This document shows positions 17,615 through 28,493 of a stretch of 40,233 bases of DNA, in pieces. The notes under the pieces were generated by a model, which was given only the letters and a program-made list of their open reading frames with translations, was not told the DNA's origin and ran no database searches. Both the position numbers and the translations under genes were made by a program. Source of the stretch: Escherichia phage vB_EcoP-101118UKE1; the sequence record MZ234021.1; one strand, written 5' to 3'. Each line of letters begins with the position of its first letter. Positions within the stretch are counted from its first letter, which is position 1.

Positions 17615-17869
17615 ATGTCTAAAAACTTAATGTTCAACCGATTTACTCGAAGCTTCCACCTGTCGCATAGCCCATTCAGCTTCCATAAATCTAATCAACC
17701 ATTACCCCGCTTTGGTAAGACAGTGGCTCTGTCTCCCACAGTTCATGCGCTAGTCACCCGCAAGTCTATGCTGAAGGCTATGGATAAAGAACAAGTCGAT
17801 GTACCTGTGGTCGTTACAAAATGGCCTCGCATTAAGCTGGCCCTTCTGGTAATTAAGGAGGTGTTTTGA
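17615..17869 (+). CDS. Hypothetical protein, T7 gp1.6-like
   Basis: AAAGGAG RBS; FNRFTR...LSPTVHALVTRKS...IKEVF resembles a T7 class II protein as I recall it. Confidence 0.6.
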   Translation: MSKNLMFNRFTRSFHLSHSPFSFHKSNQPLPRFGKTVALSPTVHALVTRKSMLKAMDKEQVDVPVVVTKWPRIKLALLVIKEVF

Positions 17870-18207
17870 TGGCATATTGTGATAGCACCACATACTGTGA
17901 AGCATGTAATGGTGATGACCGCTTCCCACACGTTGGTAAACTTGTAGGTAACAAGCTGCAAGAAATTGATGGTGTACGCAAGCCATCCCACTATCAGGTC
18001 TTTGATGGCGTGGAATCCATTGAGATTATCGCACGGTCAATGACTGTGAGTGAGTTCCGTGGGTTCTGCATGGGTAACGTCCTGAAGTATAGACTCCGGG
18101 CTGGTAAGAAGTCAGAGCTGGCAACTATGGAGAAGGACCTGAACAAAGCAGCCTTCTATCAGGAGCTGTTCGACCTGCATAAAGGTAAGTGCTATGCTTC
18201 CGAGTGA
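17869..18207 (+). CDS. Conserved phage protein of unknown function (possibly DUF3310-like)
   Basis: AAGGAGG RBS, ATG 17869 overlapping previous stop; PSHYQ...GVESIEII...FCMGNVLKYRLRAGKK motif. Confidence 0.6.
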   Translation: MAYCDSTTYCEACNGDDRFPHVGKLVGNKLQEIDGVRKPSHYQVFDGVESIEIIARSMTVSEFRGFCMGNVLKYRLRAGKKSELATMEKDLNKAAFYQELFDLHKGKCYASE

Positions 18208-18285
18208 GTGGTGTGAAATGATGTTCGAGAAGACAGGTAACACTGACTACCTTGAATTGTATAACCAGTGGAAGGAGCGCGGTTT

Positions 18286-18444
18286 ATGACTGAGGTTGAG
18301 AAGAAATACATCGTGGAGCTTGAGGGTCGCGTTCAGTCCTTCGAGGTTCCGTTGTACGCAAAGTCTCTTGAAGAGGCTACCCTGAAGTCCCAAGAGTATG
18401 AGGACGCTGGGTTTGTGGTCGGACGGATTCGCCCTGAGACCTAA
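18286..18444 (+). CDS. gp2-like inhibitor of host RNA polymerase (52 aa)
   Basis: Not in ORF track; AAGGAG RBS 18272-18277; [14 protein letters not shown]...[11 protein letters not shown] matches T7 gp2. Confidence 0.8.
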   Translation: MTEVEKKYIVELEGRVQSFEVPLYAKSLEEATLKSQEYEDAGFVVGRIRPET

Positions 18445-18462
18445 ACTATCACTGTAGGACAG
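18440..18462 (+). promoter_or_regulatory. Phage RNAP promoter variant (phi2.5-type), +1 at 18457
   Basis: CCTAAACTATCACTGTA/GGACAG (A to G at -3). Confidence 0.65.
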
Positions 18463-18501
18463 ACGTCCAGTTAGTAACTTTAAATTAGGAGATTTACACC
18501 A

Positions 18502-19194
18502 ATGGCTAAAGAGCAACTGAAGACTTTCACCACTCCGGTAGCTGGTATCGTTGAGCCTTACGCATGGCTGAACAAAGCAGACACCAAGTTTAATGAACGT
18601 GGTGAGCATAAGGTTAACCTGACGTTCGACCTGAGCGACCCGAAGGTCCGTAAGATGATTGATGTCTTACAGAAGATTCACGACGATGCGTATGCGAAAG
18701 CACTCGCAGACCACGAGAAGAACCCACCTCAGGTTCAGCGTGGTAAGAAGCCTATTGAACCACGTGAAGGCGACATGCCGTGGATTGAGAATGGTGACGG
18801 TACTGTTACCCTTAAGTTTAAATGCTTTGCGTCTTACCTGAAAGACGGCAAGTCCGAGCCTATCTTATTACGGTTCTACGACACCGATGCTAAACTCATC
18901 CGTGACGTCCCGAATATTAGCGCTGGCTCCAAACTGAAGGTCAAGTTTAAAGTCCTGCCGTTCAAGTGGAACGCTGCGACCGGTGCAAGCGTTAAGCTCC
19001 AGCTTGAGTCCTGCCTTCTTGTAGAACTGAAGGAGTGGAAAGGTGCTGGTGGTGATGGTGGCTGGGGTGATGATGAAGACCTTGGTACTGGCTACAAAGC
19101 GCCAACCGATGGTGACTTCGGGTCTGATGCCTTCGGTGACGATGGTTCCGAAGGTGGTGACGACTCCAGCTCTGGTGGCGATTACGACTTCTAA
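18502..19194 (+). CDS. Single-stranded DNA-binding protein (gp2.5)
   Basis: 230 aa, Gly/Asp-rich acidic tail ending in F (GGDYDF) as in T7 gp2.5. Confidence 0.93.
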   Translation: MAKEQLKTFTTPVAGIVEPYAWLNKADTKFNERGEHKVNLTFDLSDPKVRKMIDVLQKIHDDAYAKALADHEKNPPQVQRGKKPIEPREGDMPWIENGDGTVTLKFKCFASYLKDGKSEPILLRFYDTDAKLIRDVPNISAGSKLKVKFKVLPFKWNAATGASVKLQLESCLLVELKEWKGAGGDGGWGDDEDLGTGYKAPTDGDFGSDAFGDDGSEGGDDSSSGGDYDF

Positions 19195-19646
19195 TGGCCC
19201 AATGGTCTGCAAAACGGGGGCACTCTGTGGGTGCCTACCGCTCTGGACTTGAAGCCAAGAACCAGCAGTGGCTGGAACAGAACGGCGTCAAAGCGGAGTA
19301 CGAAAGCCATTATATCAACTATGTGATTCCGGCTTCCGACCACAAGTACACACCAGATTTTATCCTTCCTAACGGTATCATCGTGGAGACCAAAGGTATC
19401 TTCGATAGTGATGACCGTAAGAAGCACCTTCTGGTACGAGAACAGCACCCAGAGTTAGACATCCGGTTCGTGTTCTCAAGTTCACGCTCCAAGTTATACA
19501 AAGGGTCTCCAACCACGTATGGCGCATGGTGCGAAAAGAACGGCTATAAGTATGCCGATAAATTCATCCCGGTTGAGTGGCTTCGAGAGGCGACTGTACG
19601 TCTGCCTTCAGGTATACTCATCCCCAAGAAGAAAGGAGTTAAGTGA
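19194..19646 (+). CDS. Endonuclease I, Holliday-junction resolvase (gp3)
   Basis: YTPDFILPNGIIVETKG...DDRKKHLLVREQHPELDIRFVF nearly identical to T7 gp3. Confidence 0.93.
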   Translation: MAQWSAKRGHSVGAYRSGLEAKNQQWLEQNGVKAEYESHYINYVIPASDHKYTPDFILPNGIIVETKGIFDSDDRKKHLLVREQHPELDIRFVFSSSRSKLYKGSPTTYGAWCEKNGYKYADKFIPVEWLREATVRLPSGILIPKKKGVK

Positions 19647-20137
19647 TGAGCAAGAAGTTTAAACTGTTAGTAGATGCGCATGGCTGGCCTAGTGGGACTA
19701 TAGTTACCAAGTGTGAGAATGACCCCGTACCAGATTCAAGAATGACCCTAGTTGAGTGCCAGATTCCAGGCGCATACAAACATGGGTCTAACGGCTGCAA
19801 TACTCAGCCTGAGGGTATGTGGGGAGCATGGGTCCTTAATTGGAAACTTGAGGAAATCAAGCCGGAAGAGAAACTCACTGGTGTCCAAACCACTCAAGTC
19901 CTGCCAGCTTCGAGCGTACCGCCTGTGACTTTGAAGCGTGAAGTCCTGACCATCGACAAGATTGGTGTAGGCCAGACGTTCATCGTCCATGGAAAGCCTG
20001 AAGAAGTTTACGTGAAGATTAGCAACTCACACGTCTTCAACCATAAGCATCTCCAGATGCACACCACGGACGCACAACGCTTCACCCAGCACCTGAATCT
20101 GGTTGTCGTAGAATTGGTGGTGTACAATGGTAAGTAA
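19646..20137 (+). CDS. Hypothetical protein (163 aa), inserted between endonuclease I and lysozyme
   Basis: AAAGGAG RBS 19632-19638, TGATG overlap with gp3 stop; no T7 counterpart at this position. Confidence 0.65.
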   Translation: MSKKFKLLVDAHGWPSGTIVTKCENDPVPDSRMTLVECQIPGAYKHGSNGCNTQPEGMWGAWVLNWKLEEIKPEEKLTGVQTTQVLPASSVPPVTLKREVLTIDKIGVGQTFIVHGKPEEVYVKISNSHVFNHKHLQMHTTDAQRFTQHLNLVVVELVVYNGK

Positions 20138-20585
20138 GGTACAGTTCAATCCACGGTCCCGGACCGACGCTATCTTCGTACACTGTTCGGCTACCAAGCC
20201 AGAGATGGACATCGGGGTAGAGACCATCCGTATGTGGCACAAGCAGCAAGGCTGGCTGGACGTAGGCTACCACTTTATCATCAAGCGCGATGGTACTGTG
20301 GAAGAGGGACGCCCTGTCAATGTCGTAGGGTCACACGTTAAGGACTGGAACTCACGGTCTGTAGGCGTCTGCCTTGTAGGTGGAATTGACGCTAAGGGTC
20401 AGTTTGAAGCTAACTTCACTCCAGCCCAGATGAACTCCCTGCGCAACAAGCTGGCTGACCTGAAGGTCCTGTATCCTCAGGCAGAAATAAAAGCACACCA
20501 TGACGTAGCACCTAAGGCGTGTCCAAGTTTTGACTTGCAACGCTGGCTGTCTACCAATGAACTGGTAACTTCCGACCACGGTTAA
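20127..20585 (+). CDS. N-acetylmuramoyl-L-alanine amidase / T7-type lysozyme (gp3.5)
   Basis: DAIFVHCSATKP, WLDVGYHFIIKRDGTVEEGR, HDVAPKACPSFD match T7 gp3.5. Confidence 0.93.
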   Translation: MVSKVQFNPRSRTDAIFVHCSATKPEMDIGVETIRMWHKQQGWLDVGYHFIIKRDGTVEEGRPVNVVGSHVKDWNSRSVGVCLVGGIDAKGQFEANFTPAQMNSLRNKLADLKVLYPQAEIKAHHDVAPKACPSFDLQRWLSTNELVTSDHG

Positions 20586-20608
20586 TAAACTCTAAAGGAG
20601 AACACTCC

Positions 20609-20824
20609 ATGATTAAACTTATCGAATTTCTTGGTCGTCTGGTGGTGCGTGGTTATCGTCGTGCTGCGGTTATGGAACGAAAGGTAGCAGAGAAGACTGC
20701 CGATGGTGCGGCTGATGCTGCTGCTCTGGCTGACAAGCTGACCATCGCGTCACTGGAAGCTGGCATGAAGGCGCGTCAGGCTGACACCAAAGCCGACCAG
20801 TTGTCTCAGGTCTTCAAAGCCTAA
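20609..20824 (+). CDS. Hypothetical Ala-rich small protein (71 aa)
   Basis: AAAGGAGAA RBS; position of T7 gene 3.8 but not HNH-like. Confidence 0.55.
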   Translation: MIKLIEFLGRLVVRGYRRAAVMERKVAEKTADGAADAAALADKLTIASLEAGMKARQADTKADQLSQVFKA

Positions 20825-20842
20825 ACTATCACCTTAGGGATG
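20820..20842 (+). promoter_or_regulatory. Phage RNAP promoter variant upstream of gene 4, +1 at 20837
   Basis: CCTAAACTATCACCTTA/GGGATG (divergent at -4/-3). Confidence 0.55.
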
Positions 20843-20889
20843 GGACCGTGAGTCCTGTCCCTCTGTTCGCATTTGTGATTAAGGAGTGA

Positions 20890-22593
<1,704 letters not shown>

Positions 22594-22637
22594 CCTAGAG
22601 TCACGACTTGAAGAGTCACTTAAGAGGAGAGTAACTC

Positions 22638-22802
22638 ATGCTACGAAAACTTAAAGCTCGCTACCATCGGTTCATGTACAAATGGTGGAGCGATGAAGCA
22701 ACCTTCCTGTCCAACATTCTGGGAGACCAGAGGTTCGACTCTAAGGCATGGAAGAAAGCTAACCGTAAGTTCATGTACCACTTCTTACGTACAGACTTCT
22801 AG
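22638..22802 (+). CDS. Hypothetical small protein (54 aa)
   Basis: AGAGGAGAG RBS 22622-22630; not in ORF track. Confidence 0.5.
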   Translation: MLRKLKARYHRFMYKWWSDEATFLSNILGDQRFDSKAWKKANRKFMYHFLRTDF

Positions 22803-22812
22803 GTCTAGACTC

Positions 22813-22837
22813 AAGGTCATTCACATAGAGTGGCCTT
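22813..22837 (+). promoter_or_regulatory. Putative RNase III processing hairpin after gene 4 region
   Basis: AAGGTCAT 22813-22820 / GTGGCCTT 22830-22837. Confidence 0.45.
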
Positions 22838-22865
22838 TATGATTAGACTAAACGGAGGATTAACC

Positions 22866-23267
22866 ATGTTTGATTGCATTGAGTGGACCGGGTGCCGAGA
22901 CCGTTTCGGATACGGTATGCGAAAGGTCAACGGGAAAGTCCGTAGACTGCATCTAATAGCCTTCGAGGAGGCGAACGGTCCGATACCTGAAGGAATGGTC
23001 GTGCGACATAAGTGTGACAACCCATCGTGTTACAACCCAGCACACTTAGAGCTGGGGACACGGGCTGACAACAATCGTGATAGAGACGTAAGAGGTCGAA
23101 CAGCTAAGGGAGTGAGGCATTGGAGTTCTAGGCTTACACCTGAAATAATACAAGAGGCCAAGGTGCTCTACGCAGGAGGTGGATGGACTCACCGCTCCCT
23201 AGGTGAGAAGTATGGAGTGGGACACCGCACGATAGCTAGAGCAATTGGAGGAGAAACATGGACTTAA
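22866..23267 (+). CDS. HNH homing endonuclease (paralog of 39218..39667)
   Basis: ACGGAGGA RBS before ATG 22866; RHKCDNPSCYNPAHLELGTRADN motif. Confidence 0.8.
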   Translation: MFDCIEWTGCRDRFGYGMRKVNGKVRRLHLIAFEEANGPIPEGMVVRHKCDNPSCYNPAHLELGTRADNNRDRDVRGRTAKGVRHWSSRLTPEIIQEAKVLYAGGGWTHRSLGEKYGVGHRTIARAIGGETWT

Positions 23268-25426
23268 GTAACGTATACGGGTCTGACATCGAGACCAACG
23301 GTCTCCTTGATACAGTCTCCCAGTTTCACTGTGGGGTCCTGATTAACGCCGAGTCGAATGAGACCCTTAAGTATGGGGTAGCTCCGATGGTCGGTATCGT
23401 CGGTGGCTTCAAAGAGTATGTTCATAAAGTGGAAGAGATTGCCGCATCGCCTGATGGTATGCTTGTATTCCACAACGGTATCAACTATGACGTACCGGCT
23501 ATCGACAAGCTGAAGCGTCTGTACTTTGGGAAGCGTTTTAACTTCCCGAAACACAAGATGGTTGATACCTTGGTGCTGGGCCGCTTGATGTATCCAAACA
23601 TTAAGTTCTCAGACATGGGCGCTGTGAAAGCTGGTCGTCTGCCACCTCAGATGATGGGACGACAGTCTCTTGAGGCTTGGGGCTATCGTCTCGGTGAGAT
23701 GAAAGGTGAATACAAACACGATTATGTTGCCAAATGCAAGGCTGAAGGTATCGAATATAAGGCTGGGGACGAATGGTTGTTCCCGTCTCAGGAGATGCTG
23801 GACTATAACGTTCAAGACGTTGTGGTCACACTGGCGTTGTTCAAGAAGTTCCTGACTGACAAGTATTACTTCCAGTCTGAACAGTTCGCTTTCGACCAGA
23901 TTTATGCGTTGCGTCTGGAACATGATGCTGCGTGGACCTGTGCGAAGATGGAACGTAACGGCTATCCGATGAACACCGAGATGGTCGAAGGCTTATATCG
24001 TGAACTCACCGTCAAACGTGCAGAGTTGTTGGACAAGCTGCGTTCGACTTTCGGTAGCTGGTATGCACCAAAGGGAGGCAAGGAGTTCTTCAAGCACCCA
24101 CGGACAGGCAAGGACCTTCCGAAGTATCCGCGAGTCGTGTATCCTAAGGTCGGGTCAGTATTCAAGAAGCCGAAGAACAAAGCTCAACGATTAGGTCTGG
24201 AGCCTTGCGAGTTCGACTCACGAGACACGATGGAAGGAGCACCGTTCACACCTATCACTTACGTTGAGTTTAATCCGGGAAGCGGAGACCACTTAGCGAA
24301 AGTCCTGATGGAGCGTGGCTGGGAGCCTGTGGACTTCACTGACACCGGGAAACCTGTAGTCGATGACGAGACGTTGGAACACGTTAAGTTACCAGACGCA
24401 GAGGCTCAGGCTTGCGTAGAGCTGGTCCGTGAGTATCTGGTAGTCCAGAAGCGCATCGGTCAGGCGGCTGAAGGTAAGAACGCATGGTTGAAACTTGTAG
24501 GTCCAGACGGACGTATGCACGGCTCAATAAACCCATGCGGGGCAGTAACCGGACGTGCGACCCATAGTTCACCAAACATGGCTCAGGTCCCGGCTAACGG
24601 TGCTCCATATGGTGAGACTTGCCGTGGTGCTTTCGGTGCAGCGTGGAACAAGAAGGACGGTAAGCCAGACCCTTGGATTCAAGTTGGTGTGGATGCCTCA
24701 GGTCTTGAGCTTCGTTGTCTTGGGAACAGAGCGGCTCCGTTTGATGGTGGTGCATATGCGAAGACTGTGGTAGAAGGTGACATCCACTGGGCCAACGCAG
24801 TAAACGCTGGGTTAGCACCTAACGTCCAACGCGATAAGTCTAACCACGACCATGAGGCTTTCCGTAACAACGCTAAGACGTTCATCTACGCGTTCCTGTA
24901 TGGTGCAGGGGCCGCTAAGATTGGACTGATAGTAGGCGGTGGTAAGAAGGAAGGTTCAGCGCTCATGAAGAAATTCATTGAGGGTACACCAGCTATCAAG
25001 GACCTCAGGGAAGCTGTAAGTAATACGTTAATCTCAGACTCTAAGTGGGTGGACGGAGAGAACATCGTTAAATGGAAACGTCGCTGGCTGAAAGGTCTGG
25101 ATGGTCGTCGTATTCACATCCGGTCTCCACACTCAGCACTTAACGCCCTACTTCAGGGGGACGGTGCGGTTGTCTGTAAGCACTGGATGGTACTGACTGA
25201 GAAGAAACTTGAAGAGGCTGGTTACGGTAACGGATGGGACGGCGACTTTGCGCTAATGGCTTGGATTCACGATGAATTGCAGATAGCGTGCCGTACTCAG
25301 GAGATAGCAGAAGATGTCGTCCGTATTGCTCAAGAGGCGATGCGCGAGGTCGGACGCTTCTATAACTTCAAGTGTGAACTTGATACGGAGGGTAAGATTG
25401 GACCAACGTGGAAAGAGTGTCATTGA
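23258..25426 (+). CDS. DNA polymerase (gp5)
   Basis: 722 aa, colinear with T7 gp5 (SDIE exo motif, AVTGRATH, NAKTFIYAFLYGAG, HDE). Confidence 0.97.
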   Translation: MDLSNVYGSDIETNGLLDTVSQFHCGVLINAESNETLKYGVAPMVGIVGGFKEYVHKVEEIAASPDGMLVFHNGINYDVPAIDKLKRLYFGKRFNFPKHKMVDTLVLGRLMYPNIKFSDMGAVKAGRLPPQMMGRQSLEAWGYRLGEMKGEYKHDYVAKCKAEGIEYKAGDEWLFPSQEMLDYNVQDVVVTLALFKKFLTDKYYFQSEQFAFDQIYALRLEHDAAWTCAKMERNGYPMNTEMVEGLYRELTVKRAELLDKLRSTFGSWYAPKGGKEFFKHPRTGKDLPKYPRVVYPKVGSVFKKPKNKAQRLGLEPCEFDSRDTMEGAPFTPITYVEFNPGSGDHLAKVLMERGWEPVDFTDTGKPVVDDETLEHVKLPDAEAQACVELVREYLVVQKRIGQAAEGKNAWLKLVGPDGRMHGSINPCGAVTGRATHSSPNMAQVPANGAPYGETCRGAFGAAWNKKDGKPDPWIQVGVDASGLELRCLGNRAAPFDGGAYAKTVVEGDIHWANAVNAGLAPNVQRDKSNHDHEAFRNNAKTFIYAFLYGAGAAKIGLIVGGGKKEGSALMKKFIEGTPAIKDLREAVSNTLISDSKWVDGENIVKWKRRWLKGLDGRRIHIRSPHSALNALLQGDGAVVCKHWMVLTEKKLEEAGYGNGWDGDFALMAWIHDELQIACRTQEIAEDVVRIAQEAMREVGRFYNFKCELDTEGKIGPTWKECH

Positions 25427-25457
25427 CCCTCGAACCCAGACCCTACGCTTCCACACC

Positions 25458-25739
25458 ATGCCTACCGGATGTATCGTCTGCGTGTCCCACAAGAGGAACC
25501 AAGATGGGTACTTCCGGTACTCCATGGGAAGCTACAGGAAGGGCAACAAGTTCGCCTTCATGTTCCACCGATGGGTGTGGGAGCAGAAGCGCGGACCTAT
25601 ACCAAATGGCTACGAAATAGACCATTTGTGCTTGAACCGTGGGTGCTGCAACATAGAGCATCTACAGTGTATTCCAAAACGCGAACACGTCATTAAGACG
25701 AACCGTGAGCGCAAACTTGTTAAGAAGGAGTGTCACTAA
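25458..25739 (+). CDS. HNH homing endonuclease (gp5.3 position)
   Basis: EIDHLCLNRGCCNIEHL motif; start set at first ATG after polymerase stop; no clear SD, start uncertain. Confidence 0.7.
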   Translation: MPTGCIVCVSHKRNQDGYFRYSMGSYRKGNKFAFMFHRWVWEQKRGPIPNGYEIDHLCLNRGCCNIEHLQCIPKREHVIKTNRERKLVKKECH

Positions 25740-26023
25740 TGGCTATTACTAAACGTATTCGTGTGAGTTTTGATCTGAAGATGGTTGTTAACTCAAAGGA
25801 AGAAGATACCATGTGTCGCCAACTGGCCGAGATGACTAAAGCCTACGCTGAGGGTGAGAAGCTGGATGGTCTTCAGTTGGCTATGGTCAAAACCGCAATC
25901 GAGTCAGGCCCTGAGTCTGCCCTTGAAATTGCCCTCAAGAAGACCATCAAGGATGAGCTGGTAGACGACTTTGGTTATGGCCAGTTCGGAGTATCTAACC
26001 TGCGATTCGAGGTCAAGCAATGA
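25739..26023 (+). CDS. gp5.5-like protein
   Basis: AAGAAGGAG RBS; MAITKRIRVSFDLK resembles T7 gp5.5 N-terminus. Confidence 0.7.
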   Translation: MAITKRIRVSFDLKMVVNSKEEDTMCRQLAEMTKAYAEGEKLDGLQLAMVKTAIESGPESALEIALKKTIKDELVDDFGYGQFGVSNLRFEVKQ

Positions 26024-26229
26024 GTGAATACTTACGGGTCCTAGCGGCCCTTAAGTCCTGCCCGAAGACCTTCCAGTCCAACTATGTGCGCAACAACGCT
26101 GCACTTGTGGCTGAGGCTGCGAGTCGTGGACATCTAAGCTGCCTGTCTATGGATGGGCGTAACAACGGTGCGTGGGAGATTACCGCTGCTGGCACCAAGT
26201 TCCTGAACCAACACGGAGGATGCCTGTGA
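26020..26229 (+). CDS. gp5.7-like protein
   Basis: 69 aa, ATGA overlap with gp5.5; size and position as T7 gp5.7. Confidence 0.7.
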   Translation: MSEYLRVLAALKSCPKTFQSNYVRNNAALVAEAASRGHLSCLSMDGRNNGAWEITAAGTKFLNQHGGCL

Positions 26230-27092
26230 GCGAAAAGAAAATAGCTCTGGTGCTAGACGGTGACTACTTAGTGTTCTCTTCTATGGCTGCTGCCGAGGAC
26301 GAGACAGACTGGGGTGATGGCATCTGGACCCTTATCTGCGACCATGAGAAGGCTCGTCGTATCCTTGAGAACACCATCGCTGAAATCGTTAAGAAGCGTA
26401 AGGCGTGGAAAGACGCTAAGATTGTGATGTGCTTTACTGACGATAACAACTGGCGTAAGGACGTGCTACCTACCTATAAGGCCAATCGTAAAGGTTCCCG
26501 CAAGCCTGTAGGTTACAAGAAGTTCGTAGCCGAAGTGATGGCTGACCCACGGTTCAACAGCTTCCTGCGTCCTACGCTTGAGGGCGATGACTGTATGGGT
26601 ATCATCGGGACCAGACCTCAGATTGTTGGATGTGACCATGCGGTTCTGGTGTCCTGTGATAAGGACTTCAAGACCATCCCGAACTGTGAGTTCTTCTGGT
26701 TAACCACTGGTGAAATTCTGAGTCATACGACTGCTGAGGCAGACTACTGGCACATGGAGCAGACCATCAAGGGTGACACTACAGATGGCTACGGCGGGAT
26801 TCCGGGGATGGGTGAGGACACCACTCGTGCGTTCCTTGACGAGCCGTACTACTTCGTGCAGGAGAGCCGTGAGCTTAAGACTGGAAAGAACAAAGGCCAG
26901 ATTAAGACTGAGTGGAAGAAGTATCCTAAGCGTGAAGACATGACGCTGTGGGACTGCATGGTGACTCTGGCTGCTAAAGCTGGGATGACCGAGGAGGAAC
27001 TTCTGGTCCAAGCTCAGGTAGCTCGTATTTGCCGAGCCTCCGACTACGACCCTAAGTCCAAGGAGGTCATCCTATGGACACCATCCATGTAA
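26220..27092 (+). CDS. 5'-3' exonuclease (gp6)
   Basis: LDGDYLVF, KANRKGSRKPVGY, SCDKDFKTIPNC, ITDGY-like motifs as in T7 gp6; start ambiguous (ATG 26220 or GTG 26226 after GGAGGA). Confidence 0.92.
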   Translation: MPVSEKKIALVLDGDYLVFSSMAAAEDETDWGDGIWTLICDHEKARRILENTIAEIVKKRKAWKDAKIVMCFTDDNNWRKDVLPTYKANRKGSRKPVGYKKFVAEVMADPRFNSFLRPTLEGDDCMGIIGTRPQIVGCDHAVLVSCDKDFKTIPNCEFFWLTTGEILSHTTAEADYWHMEQTIKGDTTDGYGGIPGMGEDTTRAFLDEPYYFVQESRELKTGKNKGQIKTEWKKYPKREDMTLWDCMVTLAAKAGMTEEELLVQAQVARICRASDYDPKSKEVILWTPSM

Positions 27093-27218
27093 TTTACTGG
27101 GCCGGACTTCTGGCCCTTTACTGCATGTACAAGTGGTTCGGGTCGAACAACCGTCCTAAACACTAAGTCTAACCGATAGTCATATACTATCAATCCAACA
27201 GTCATCCATAGGTGAAAC

Positions 27219-27241
27219 ACTAAACTATCACTATAGGGACT
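27219..27241 (+). promoter_or_regulatory. Phage RNAP promoter (phi6.5-type), +1 at 27236
   Basis: ACTAAACTATCACTATA/GGGACT. Confidence 0.85.
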
Positions 27242-27302
27242 TTAGGACCTAAGATATGACTATAAGATAGACTTTAGTCTTAACTTAAAGAGGAGATTCA
27301 AG

Positions 27303-27575
27303 ATGGCGCTTAATGCTATTGAAAACGTTGTTAAGCAATTACAGGAAGAAAGACTTGATGTCCCGAACATCTCCCAGTCTGCCATCCAGTTCCTGCACGT
27401 ACTGTTCAACGCAAGCTACGCTGAGAAGATGGGAGCTATCAGTCTCCTCAAGCAGCAAGGCTACAGCGATGCGTTCATTGCCGGGTTCATCAAGGGTCTC
27501 CAGTATTGTTCTGACACTCTCGACTCTGCGATTGCTATGCGTCGTGAGCTGAAAGATACCGTTCAGTTCGATTAA
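27303..27575 (+). CDS. Hypothetical protein (gp6.5 position)
   Basis: AAAGAGGAG RBS; downstream of phi6.5-type promoter. Confidence 0.5.
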   Translation: MALNAIENVVKQLQEERLDVPNISQSAIQFLHVLFNASYAEKMGAISLLKQQGYSDAFIAGFIKGLQYCSDTLDSAIAMRRELKDTVQFD

Positions 27576-27589
27576 CTGTAGGAGGGACT

Positions 27590-27814
27590 ATGTGTTTCAG
27601 TCCAAAGATTAGCACTCCGAAGCCTTCGGTCCAAGCACCTGAACCAGCACCTCTGAGTGAGGAAGTTGCGTCAGTTGACATCGGGGCTGAATCTGATGTG
27701 GACACAAACGAGACCAAAGGTATCAAAGACCTTAAGGTTAAGAAGGAGTCTGCACCTAAAGATAAATCGTCAGTGAGTCGCGCTATGCGAGCCTCTGGCG
27801 TAAACATGGGGTAA
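27590..27814 (+). CDS. gp6.7-like virion protein
   Basis: MCFSPKI.TPK...EPAPL matches T7 gp6.7 N-terminus. Confidence 0.8.
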   Translation: MCFSPKISTPKPSVQAPEPAPLSEEVASVDIGAESDVDTNETKGIKDLKVKKESAPKDKSSVSRAMRASGVNMG

Positions 27815-27818
27815 GACA

Positions 27819-28241
27819 ATGCTACCATATCTCAACTCACGCGAAGGTCGCCACATGTGCGCCTGCCGCCTCTGGGAAGACGGGCAGTATAACTTCAAGT
27901 CATTCGAGGACTTCAAGGCTCATACTTACCGTATGGCTGACGAGTTCGAGGGTGAAGAGTACACAATCTACGATGTCTCAGGCCAACCAGTAGCGTATCT
28001 CTACATGCTGGCTACCACATCTTGGCACCGACCGACTCCCGGTCTTGACCTTTCAATCGTCGCTATTCGTCGTGACTCGCAGTCCTCCCGCAAGGTTCTT
28101 GAGACTGTCAGGTATATCATAGACGAAGAGTGCAAGCGTTGGGGTCTTGGCTGGTATTCTCGTGTCAAGCATGTTTCCGGGTCGGTAGACATCGTAACAA
28201 CCAAGTGCGTTAGCACGAACAAGGAGATTAACCGTGGGTAA
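27819..28241 (+). CDS. gp7-like virion protein
   Basis: Position and size; VAYLYMLATT / LSIVAIRRD similar to T7 gp7. Confidence 0.65.
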   Translation: MLPYLNSREGRHMCACRLWEDGQYNFKSFEDFKAHTYRMADEFEGEEYTIYDVSGQPVAYLYMLATTSWHRPTPGLDLSIVAIRRDSQSSRKVLETVRYIIDEECKRWGLGWYSRVKHVSGSVDIVTTKCVSTNKEINRG

Positions 28242-28482
28242 ATCAATCAGTAAGGCCTTCAGTAAAGTAGTAAAAGGTGCTTTAGGGACCGTTGGTCTTG
28301 GTTCTAACGATGCACCTAAGGTTGTTGAGGCTCAGACCCCAGCAGCACCAGTGGAAGTACCGAACGACAAAGTGGAGGATGTGGATACTGAAACAACCGC
28401 ATCTGACGAGAAGAAAGTGAAGCGCTCCGGTAAGCGTAGCCTTCAGGTCTCTCGTACATCTGGTGGCGGTATTTCTATATAA
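28234..28482 (+). CDS. gp7.3-like tail-associated protein
   Basis: Basic N-terminus MGKSISKAFSKVVKG, C-terminal SGGGISI as in T7 gp7.3. Confidence 0.75.
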   Translation: MGKSISKAFSKVVKGALGTVGLGSNDAPKVVEAQTPAAPVEVPNDKVEDVDTETTASDEKKVKRSGKRSLQVSRTSGGGISI

Positions 28483-28493
28483 GGAGGTGACGA

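Noticed and set aside
25314-25739. Long form of the HNH ORF starting at 25314
   Set aside because: The upstream 48 codons overlap the 3' end of the DNA polymerase gene in another frame; the start was placed at the first ATG after the polymerase stop (25458).
27092-27200. Short hydrophobic ORF after the exonuclease gene (around 27092..27165) and hairpin GGGCCGGACTTCTGGCCC
   Set aside because: No canonical start codon with RBS; the only in-frame ATG would give a 13-aa peptide. The hairpin may be an RNA structural element but evidence is too thin to annotate.
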